The notes under the pieces are model-generated. The model searched no databases. It saw only the letters and a list, made by a program, of their open reading frames with translations, and was not told where the DNA came from. Shown here in pieces: positions 16,720 to 23,254 of a stretch of DNA of 24,639 nucleotides (the first letter of the stretch is position 1; each line of letters starts with the position of its first letter). The DNA is from an uncultured Candidatus Saccharibacteria bacterium (GTDB lineage Bacteria > Patescibacteriota > Minisyncoccia > Phycocordibacterales > Zambryskibacteraceae), in assembly GCA_964384735.1 (NCBI GenBank), contig CAYLKX010000002.1, positions 9,381 to 34,019 on the forward strand, written 5' to 3'. The position numbers and the translations under genes were made by a program.

Positions 16720-17088
16720 CTAGTCCGTTTCCGCCTTCTCGCCTGAAAGAGGCAGTGGTTCGTCGAGAGGAATGGATTTGCTGGGCTCCAGTGAAATCCA
16801 TTTGTCGCCATCCCTCTTCAAGAAGTAAACGCGCAAACTCGAGTTCTCCGACTCGGCCAGCACATCGTGAAGGCGACGAATCTCCTCCCTCACTACCTCA
16901 AGTTCTTTGTAAGCCTCCTCAGGGCTCGTGTAGTCCTTGGTCAACCTGATGATAGAGGTGAAGGGATTCGTCTTGGTGATAGTCTCCAGTTCAACCACCA
17001 CACCAAGGCCGAGATTGATATGCCTGACAATTTTCTCAACAATCTCGAACCCGCCACAAACATGGATAACTTGAACGCCGAAAGTCAT
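16720..17088 (-). CDS. Hypothetical protein (122 aa)
   Basis: AGGGAG SD; promoter at 17136-17164. Confidence 0.7.
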   Translation of the reverse strand: MTFGVQVIHVCGGFEIVEKIVRHINLGLGVVVELETITKTNPFTSIIRLTKDYTSPEEAYKELEVVREEIRRLHDVLAESENSSLRVYFLKRDGDKWISLEPSKSIPLDEPLPLSGEKAETD

Positions 17089-17135
17089 AGAGACTCCCTT
17101 AAAAGCATTGGTTACCGAACTTACGTCTACTAGCC

Positions 17136-17164
17136 AAATTAGGCTCTTTTTATTACTATGTCAA
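17136..17164 (-). promoter_or_regulatory. sigma70 promoter TTGACA-17-TAATTT
   Basis: Seen on the minus strand. Confidence 0.55.
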
Positions 17165-17172
17165 TCTATGAA

Positions 17173-17243
17173 TCCGGTAGTGAAAATTGGTATCGCACCG
17201 GAGGTGCATATTTATAAATAATGCAAATTTCTACTACGGGATG
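17173..17243 (+). repeat. ~70-bp inverted-repeat element copy 2, ending at the rplI ATG
   Basis: Matches the reverse complement of 8676-8747 with only a handful of differences. Confidence 0.85.
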
Positions 17244-17510
17244 AAAGTCATACTACTTAGAGACGTGAAGGGGGTGGGGAAGCGCTTTGATATCAAAGAG
17301 GTGAGCGATGGCTACGCCAATAATGCTCTCTTACCCCAAGGCTCAGCCTTAGTGGCCAACAAGGCGGGTTTATTGAAAGCGGAACAACTCAAATCTCACT
17401 CGCTAGCCAAGCACGCCAAGGAGGAAGCTGAACGTGCGGAGAAGGAAGCAAAAAGGCTCGAGAAGCATCACGCCCTCGAGGCCTTCAAGGCTTCAAACAA
17501 GAGGAGTTAA
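17241..17510 (+). CDS. rplI: 50S ribosomal protein L9, N-terminal domain plus helix only (89 aa)
   Basis: [34 protein letters not shown] matches the L9 N-domain; no C-domain. Confidence 0.85.
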   Translation: MKVILLRDVKGVGKRFDIKEVSDGYANNALLPQGSALVANKAGLLKAEQLKSHSLAKHAKEEAERAEKEAKRLEKHHALEAFKASNKRS

Positions 17511-17779
17511 ACAACGCTGACGACCTTCTTCTTAGAAACGGTGTTGTCGAAGTTGACCTTGCGCTTGTAAGACATCTTTACCTTACCAGTAATGAGGGAG
17601 AAGATGGTGTGATCCTTACCCATGGAGACGCCACGACCTGGCAAAACGTCGGTCCCGCGCTGACGCACGATAATAGCCCCAGGCTTAGCCTGAGCACCTG
17701 GAGTAAGCTTCAAGCCCAAATACTTTGGGTTTGAATCTCTTCCGTTTTTCGATACGCCTGCGGACTTTTTATGTGCCAT
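17507..17779 (-). CDS. rpmA: 50S ribosomal protein L27
   Basis: [37 protein letters not shown]. Confidence 0.97.
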   Translation of the reverse strand: MAHKKSAGVSKNGRDSNPKYLGLKLTPGAQAKPGAIIVRQRGTDVLPGRGVSMGKDHTIFSLITGKVKMSYKRKVNFDNTVSKKKVVSVV

Positions 17780-17793
17780 AAATGTTTACATTT

Positions 17794-17814
17794 ACCCTGA
17801 GCTTGTCGAAGGGT
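17794..17814. repeat. REP-like short palindrome ACCCTGAGCTTGTCGAAGGGT
   Basis: ACCCT...AGGGT ends; resembles a widespread CCTGAGC.TGTCGAAGG motif recalled from other genomes; single copy here. Confidence 0.4.
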
Positions 17815-17829
17815 TGTATAATTAGCCAT

Positions 17830-18231
17830 ATGAATATAGCAGAGACCTTCAACTTTGACAAGGAGGGGAGGGTAGAGAGCAAGGGTAGGCAATGGGTGAG
17901 AAAGCTCTTCCTCAGCTTAGTCATCATCCTCACAGCAAGCCTCGCCTTTGCCATAGGGCGCCTTACCTCCTCCTCATCAAGTGCTCCCATTAAAGTTGAG
18001 TTAGACCCAAGCCTCACCAGCCAAACTGACCCATCACCTAAGGCTCTCCAAGCCTCCATAACAGCCCCTAGCCCAGATACGGTCTATGCCTCCAGTAAGG
18101 GCAAAAAGTACTACTACGAGGCCTGTAGTGGGCTTAAAAGGGTCTCCGAAACCAACAAAATCAGCTTCCCAAGTGCCCAGGTGGCCGAAGCCTCTGGCTA
18201 TACCCTCGCGGTGGGGTGCCAAAAGCCTTAA
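17830..18231 (+). CDS. Membrane-anchored protein with a C-terminal Ada-metal-binding-like small domain
   Basis: TM LVIILTASLAFAIG, Ser/Pro linker, YASSKGKKYYYEAC...AEASGYTLAVGC; TATAAT 7 nt before the ATG. Confidence 0.6.
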   Translation: MNIAETFNFDKEGRVESKGRQWVRKLFLSLVIILTASLAFAIGRLTSSSSSAPIKVELDPSLTSQTDPSPKALQASITAPSPDTVYASSKGKKYYYEACSGLKRVSETNKISFPSAQVAEASGYTLAVGCQKP

Positions 18232-18246
18232 AGTATTGCCCAATAT

Positions 18247-18264
18247 ATGGCTCTATAGAGCCAT
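18247..18264. other. Perfect 18-bp palindrome (terminator or operator)
   Basis: ATGGCTCTATAGAGCCAT. Confidence 0.5.
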
Positions 18265-18287
18265 TTTATAAAAACGAGACAATAAAA

Positions 18288-18321
18288 AGCCCTTGACATC
18301 AAGGGCTGGATATGCTAAGAT
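18288..18321 (+). promoter_or_regulatory. Strong promoter TTGACA-17-TAAGAT (TGn-extended) with a palindrome across the -35
   Basis: AGCCCTTGA-ca-TCAAGGGCT overlaps TTGACA at 18293-18298. Confidence 0.7.
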
Positions 18322-18437
18322 ATATATAAGTCAGCTAGAGCTGGCTTTTCATTTACTAGGAGGAGAAAGTTACGGTCACGGCGATCCTTGATTACTAGTT
18401 TATCCCACTGTTTATTCTTCAGTTATCAACTATTGGT

Positions 18438-18893
18438 TTGCTCTTCTCACTCTCATCTGGTGCGATGTCCGTTCTACCGGCCATGACTGCCACCGATACT
18501 GTAAGTCTTCCAGCTATTTCAGAGCCGAAGGAGGTGAGATCAGTAGACTACGGCCCGATTACTGACCCGAAGAACGTTGAGAAGTTCGTTAAGGACTACT
18601 TCGCCGACATCCCGCTTCTTGCGAAGATTGCGAGCTGTGAGTCCCATTACCGCCAGTACGACTCCAATGGAGAGGTGCTCCGTGGTAAGCAGAACTCTTA
18701 CGACCGCGGTGTGATGCAGATTAACATCTGGTATCACCAGGAGACTGCAGAGCAGATGGGCTTGAACTTGAACAAGATCGATGACAACGTCGCTTTCGCC
18801 CGATACCTTTATGAAAAGTTCGGCGCCAAGCCATGGGTCTCATCCTCACCTTGTTGGTCAAAGCCTTCTAACGCAGAAGTGGCTAAGAAATAA
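18438..18893 (+). CDS. Lysozyme-like / lytic transglycosylase (SLT-type) exported protein; start uncertain
   Basis: IASCES (catalytic ES), DRGVMQIN, NVAFARYLYEKFGAKPW. Confidence 0.75.
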   Translation: MLFSLSSGAMSVLPAMTATDTVSLPAISEPKEVRSVDYGPITDPKNVEKFVKDYFADIPLLAKIASCESHYRQYDSNGEVLRGKQNSYDRGVMQINIWYHQETAEQMGLNLNKIDDNVAFARYLYEKFGAKPWVSSSPCWSKPSNAEVAKK

Positions 18894-18910
18894 TCTTAGC
18901 TAAGGTCAAT

Positions 18911-18973
18911 AAACACAAAACCCGCCCACCCCCCCCCCTACTCAGACGGGGCAAGGTGGCGGGTTTTGTGTTT
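18911..18973 (+). terminator. Intrinsic terminator with a REP-like insert in its loop
   Basis: AAACACAAAACCCGCC ... GGCGGGTTTTGTGTTT. Confidence 0.75.
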
Positions 18974-19034
18974 TACAAACTATTTATTTTTAAAATATTT
19001 AAGTTACAATTTTATAAGATCGCACAAAGGGGGA

Positions 19035-19268
19035 ATGAGATTGCGTAGAACACACTACTTTTCCAGCGCGAGACATGCTGAGGCCACCAGTAACTGGAGG
19101 CCGAAGTTTGATTCTGGTGACAAGATAGAGAACCTCAGCAACCACCACCGCGCCCGAGTAGTCGAGACACCTCGCCCTGGCTCCGATCATATTAGGGTGG
19201 AGGTGACTCGATGCAACCGCACCTACCGCACCTTCTGGGCCATCAATAATGTGCGCAAGCTCACCTAA
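19035..19268 (+). CDS. Hypothetical small basic protein (77 aa)
   Basis: AAAGGGGG SD before the ATG; downstream hairpin at 19270-19303. Confidence 0.55.
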   Translation: MRLRRTHYFSSARHAEATSNWRPKFDSGDKIENLSNHHRARVVETPRPGSDHIRVEVTRCNRTYRTFWAINNVRKLT

Positions 19269-19269
19269 A

Positions 19270-19303
19270 CTGCTCCGACCTCGCCATGCGATCGTCGGAG
19301 CAG
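19270..19303. terminator. Hairpin between convergent genes
   Basis: CTGCTCCGAC/GTCGGAGCAG 10-bp stem with inner TCGC-cat-GCGA. Confidence 0.6.
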
Positions 19304-19323
19304 AACTATTTTTAATCCTCCAT

Positions 19324-20304
19324 TTAATCCTTCAATGGGTGGAAGTCTTTGTGCGTCTTCTCCGCATATTTGTCTGAAGCGTGAACGTAACGAGTAGTGG
19401 TATCAAGTGACTCGTGGCCGAGGAGGATCTGGATCGCCGCTGGGTTGGCCCCAGACTCAGCCAAGTAGGTGGCAAAGCCGTGGCGCAAGGAGTGCGCCGA
19501 GGTTGGCACATTGATCCCCAAAATTTCCCTATACTGCTTGATCTTCATTTGTAAGTAATTGGGCGAGATATGCTTCGTCTTATCCTTCATATTGAGCCCT
19601 TGAGTCGCCACAAAGAGGTATGGATACTCATCGGTCCGCTCTTTAAGATAATTATCAATATGCTTCTTGGCTCTATCAGTAAGGTAGATGAAGCGTTGCT
19701 TCTTGCCCTTACCTTGGATGAAGATTCGACCAGACTTGTCGAGTTGAGCCCTTTTAAGATTAATTAATTCCGAAATACGCATACCGGAGGCAAACAAGGT
19801 CTCGAGCATGGCCCGATTCCTCAAAGCGACCAATTTCTCCTTCTCAATCTTGGTTGGAAACTCAATCAACTTCTTAAGCTCTTCCATCTCAGCAACTTGT
19901 TTGTGCTTCTTCTCCATCCTGAGGAGCTTAATCGAGCCTGGCACGACCGGCACCTCTTCATCCATATCAATTAAGTATTGTAAGTATCGTCTAAGTGAGG
20001 TCAGGATTCGGTTGATCGAACCTGACTTAAGATCCTGCATAGTGGCCGAGCCCTTGGCCGTGCGCCTGTCACTTGAGTTGAGGTAAGCCTTAAACTGCTC
20101 AATGGTCCGCTTGGTGGCTGATTTGAATTCCAAATCCATTTCTTTTTTTAAAAAGTGAGCAAAGGTCTCCAAGTCGCGCTCATAGTTGTAGGCCGTCTCG
20201 GGGGAGTAGTTATTGGCCCGAATAAATAAAAGGAAATCATCTAAGTAAGGCAAAGTGTCTGGGGTAGAGGACTCGAGCTTGGGATTGAAGCGTGGTCTAG
20301 GCAT
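19324..20304 (-). CDS. Xer-family tyrosine recombinase (XerC/D-like)
   Basis: N-terminal core-binding domain; RNRAMLETLFASGMRISEL, GKGKKQR, HSLRHGFAT, LGH..LDTTTRY; full R-K-H-R-H-Y set. Confidence 0.92.
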   Translation of the reverse strand: MPRPRFNPKLESSTPDTLPYLDDFLLFIRANNYSPETAYNYERDLETFAHFLKKEMDLEFKSATKRTIEQFKAYLNSSDRRTAKGSATMQDLKSGSINRILTSLRRYLQYLIDMDEEVPVVPGSIKLLRMEKKHKQVAEMEELKKLIEFPTKIEKEKLVALRNRAMLETLFASGMRISELINLKRAQLDKSGRIFIQGKGKKQRFIYLTDRAKKHIDNYLKERTDEYPYLFVATQGLNMKDKTKHISPNYLQMKIKQYREILGINVPTSAHSLRHGFATYLAESGANPAAIQILLGHESLDTTTRYVHASDKYAEKTHKDFHPLKD

Positions 20305-20335
20305 CTTGGTTTAGCTTGGTTTATTTATAGTAGGG

Positions 20336-20363
20336 ACTGAGTATAATATCTCTAACACTCAGT
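20336..20363. promoter_or_regulatory. Candidate dif-like Xer site or xer operator (11-6-11)
   Basis: ACTGAGTATAA-TATCTC-TAACACTCAGT; arms match 9/11 as inverted repeats. Confidence 0.55.
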
Positions 20364-20401
20364 ATTATAGGCTATAAGGCCTGGGTCCAGCAATTAACTT
20401 G

Positions 20402-20410
20402 TGTGGATAA
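20402..20410 (-). promoter_or_regulatory. Consensus DnaA box
   Basis: TGTGGATAA is the reverse complement of TTATCCACA. Confidence 0.4.
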
Positions 20411-20692
20411 TTAAATCTGATTAATTCCCCCATTAATTGTTTTGATTTAATTCCCCTCCCTCTTTCCACACTACCTCTCTTCTACCAAAACTTATTGATT
20501 CAAAATTAATTCGGAATATTAATTAGGCACCACTCCCCCACAAAATTTTGGATCTCAGTAGGGGAGTTTTAGAAAAATGATTATTCAATCAAAGATGACC
20601 ACCATTTAAAAGTAAAATGCATCAATAAATATACTGGCACATAAATTGGCGCGAGTAAGAAGAAAAGGAAGTACTTCAACCACTTAGGCATA

Positions 20693-22105
20693 CTAGTGAA
20701 TATAATTCCAAAGAGTTACAACCAAGTCCTTGAGCCCGGCAAGCAAGGTCCAAAGGTAGGCCACGGCGTCTCGACCCTTGTCGGAAGACATCCAAGCGAA
20801 GATCGACCAGCCGAAGAAGTATTTGAGCGCCACAAGAGCCAGCAAGATAAGGATCAACATACCGATGAATCCCCCATTCTTACTCTGGTCATTCAAATCA
20901 GCTTTAAGTAGTTCGATTGCTTTATTAATTCTTTGCATAGATTTTTCTTTACCAATAATTTCTAAAAGGACCAACGGATCCGGTGAGGCCTTGGCACCCG
21001 TGAGAGCAAAGCGTACTGGCCAAAGCACGCTCCCACGGCCCACACCCTCAGCATACTCCATAAGCTTTTGGGCAACATCGGATGTTGAACAATTGCTGAT
21101 TATCTCTAGTGACTTTTCAAGGTGCTTGAGAGTAGCTTCTTTAGGATCGTTCTTCCATACCAAACCCTCCACCGCATACTCTGGCTCACCTGTCATATAA
21201 GGCTCACTCTCAATACTTTTAACCATAAGCATCCTTTGCTCCTCAGCTGGCAAGAGCTTGATGTGCTCCTTATTGACCCAATCGAGCTTCTTTGGGTCGA
21301 AGATGGCCCCACCCTTCTGCACCTTCTTAAGATCGAACTGTTCAATGAGCTCTTGCATAGTAAAGATCTCTTGCTCTGTGCCCGGATTCCAACCCAAGAG
21401 AGCGAGATAATTAACGATAGATTGGGGTAAGTATCCAGCGTTCTTAAAATCCCGAAGAGAGGTAGCGCCATGTCTAGCAGACATCTTCGAACGGTCTGAG
21501 CCAAGAATGAGTGGCAAGTGAGTGTACTGAGGCCTTTTAGCACCAATCGCTTCTTGAAGAAGAATCTGGCGAGGAGTATTGGAAATACCATCATCACCGC
21601 GAATAATATGCGTCACACCCATCTCATGGTCGTCCACCACAACTGTTAGATGGTATAATGGCTCATTGATATTGCGAGCAATTACAAAATCACCCAACTC
21701 GGTTGTATCAAAAGAAATTTCGCCTCTAATACCATCAGTAAAAGCAACGATCTTATTTGGGTTTTTAAATCTCACCACTTCCCTATTCTCTCCCTCAGTC
21801 TCATGAGAGATATAGGCTGTACCGTTATTTAACATTTTCTGAATATACTCCTTATAGACTTCAGTTCTCTCAGATTGCCTGAAGGGACCTCTGTCATAAG
21901 TTATACCGAGCCAAGACAGCGAATCAATAATGTCTTGTTCATACTCCTTCTTAGAACGCTCTTTGTCAGTATCCTCTAATCTAAAGACAATTTCTCCACC
22001 ATGGTGCTTAGCAAAAAGATAATTAAACAAAGCTGTTCTGGCTCGACCAATATGGAAAAAGCCAGTTGGTGAAGGAGGTATTCTAACTACAACTTTTTCT
22101 GACAT
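20693..22105 (-). CDS. gltX: Glutamyl-tRNA synthetase with an in-frame C-terminal membrane / prepilin-like extension
   Basis: PPSPTGFFHIG, RLEDTD, DDHEMGVTHIIRGDD, LALLGWNP, WPVRFALTG; start MSEKVVVR. Confidence 0.93.
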   Translation of the reverse strand: MSEKVVVRIPPSPTGFFHIGRARTALFNYLFAKHHGGEIVFRLEDTDKERSKKEYEQDIIDSLSWLGITYDRGPFRQSERTEVYKEYIQKMLNNGTAYISHETEGENREVVRFKNPNKIVAFTDGIRGEISFDTTELGDFVIARNINEPLYHLTVVVDDHEMGVTHIIRGDDGISNTPRQILLQEAIGAKRPQYTHLPLILGSDRSKMSARHGATSLRDFKNAGYLPQSIVNYLALLGWNPGTEQEIFTMQELIEQFDLKKVQKGGAIFDPKKLDWVNKEHIKLLPAEEQRMLMVKSIESEPYMTGEPEYAVEGLVWKNDPKEATLKHLEKSLEIISNCSTSDVAQKLMEYAEGVGRGSVLWPVRFALTGAKASPDPLVLLEIIGKEKSMQRINKAIELLKADLNDQSKNGGFIGMLILILLALVALKYFFGWSIFAWMSSDKGRDAVAYLWTLLAGLKDLVVTLWNYIH

Positions 22106-22106
22106 A

Positions 22107-23252
22107 TTATTTGGCAACCTCATGCTCGAGGGCGATCTTTAAAATTTCTTCAGCAATATTCTTAGAAGCTTCAGGTTTGAAGAAGTTTTTGTCAGCCTCC
22201 TTCATTTTGCCCCTCAACTCTTCGTCATCAATCAGGCGAGTGATCTCCGCCTGCAAAATGTTTGGCGTAAGATTGTCCTCCTCGATCACCTCGCACCCCC
22301 CTGCCCTAGCGAAGGCGAAGGCATTGGAATGTTGGTCATGACTCACCCGTTCATTAATCGGAATGATAATAGCTGGAATCTGCCAAGATGCAATCTCGAA
22401 GATGGCTGAGCCCGCTCGTGAGACCACGACACTCGCTACCCCTGCCGACATGCGAGTAGCGGAGGCGTTGAGGTAGTCGAAGGGTTTGTAACGATCCTTG
22501 TATTGAGAGTCATAAAGCACTGCATCGGCAGTGGCCTTCACCTCGGCGAAATTTTTGGCCCCAGTTTGGTGAATAATGACGTAATGCTTGACCAACTCCT
22601 TGAGACATCCAAGCAAAGCCTCGTTGATCCTCTTGGCGCCTTGTGAGCCCCCCACTACCAAGATAACCGGCACACCCTCCTCAATCTTAAGGAACTCTCT
22701 AGCGCCATTTAAAATTGGTGTAGCAATTTCGGCTCTAATTGGCTGGCCAGTGTAAGCCGTCTTCTCTGGAGCGAAGTAGCGTCCAGCATCTTTGTAGGAA
22801 AGGGCCACTCTTTGAGCAAACTTCCCCGCCCACAAATTAACCTTGCCAGGCACTGAGTCTGACTCGTGGATCACCACGGGGATCCGCAAGATCCGAGCTG
22901 CGAGCAAGGCGGGGAAGCTCGCGTAACCTCCCTTGCCAAAGACGACATCGGGGTAAAGTTGGTAAACTTGGAAAATAGATTTCAACACTCCCCAACCAGT
23001 TTTGAAAAGGTCGAAAAGGTTTTTAAAAAGATTCAAAATTCCTGGTGAACGACGAATCTTACCAGCACTATTCTTCTTATACACAATACCTCGCTCATAG
23101 AGAGCGCCGGGATCATAGGGGGTAGGCGACATGAAGTAGAGCTCAAGCTCAAGAAGATGCTTCTCCTTAGCCAAGCGGGTAAGCTCCTCTGCTACAGAAA
23201 TAATTGGGTAAAAGTGACCCCCTGTCCCCCCGCCGGTAAATAAGATTCGCAT
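22107..23252 (-). CDS. murG: Lipid II GlcNAc transferase MurG
   Basis: GGGTGGHFYP, GKGGYASFP, GGSQGA, SRAGS, HDQHSNA. Confidence 0.95.
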   Translation of the reverse strand: MRILFTGGGTGGHFYPIISVAEELTRLAKEKHLLELELYFMSPTPYDPGALYERGIVYKKNSAGKIRRSPGILNLFKNLFDLFKTGWGVLKSIFQVYQLYPDVVFGKGGYASFPALLAARILRIPVVIHESDSVPGKVNLWAGKFAQRVALSYKDAGRYFAPEKTAYTGQPIRAEIATPILNGAREFLKIEEGVPVILVVGGSQGAKRINEALLGCLKELVKHYVIIHQTGAKNFAEVKATADAVLYDSQYKDRYKPFDYLNASATRMSAGVASVVVSRAGSAIFEIASWQIPAIIIPINERVSHDQHSNAFAFARAGGCEVIEEDNLTPNILQAEITRLIDDEELRGKMKEADKNFFKPEASKNIAEEILKIALEHEVAK

Positions 23253-23254
23253 AA

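Noticed and set aside
18330-18437. Known c-di-AMP (ydaO) riboswitch
   Set aside because: Conserved ydaO segments were not recognised; kept only as an unclassified leader candidate
19324-20304. Prophage or ICE integrase
   Set aside because: Size and motifs fit a chromosomal Xer; no phage or conjugation genes; no convincing duplication of the tRNA 3' end
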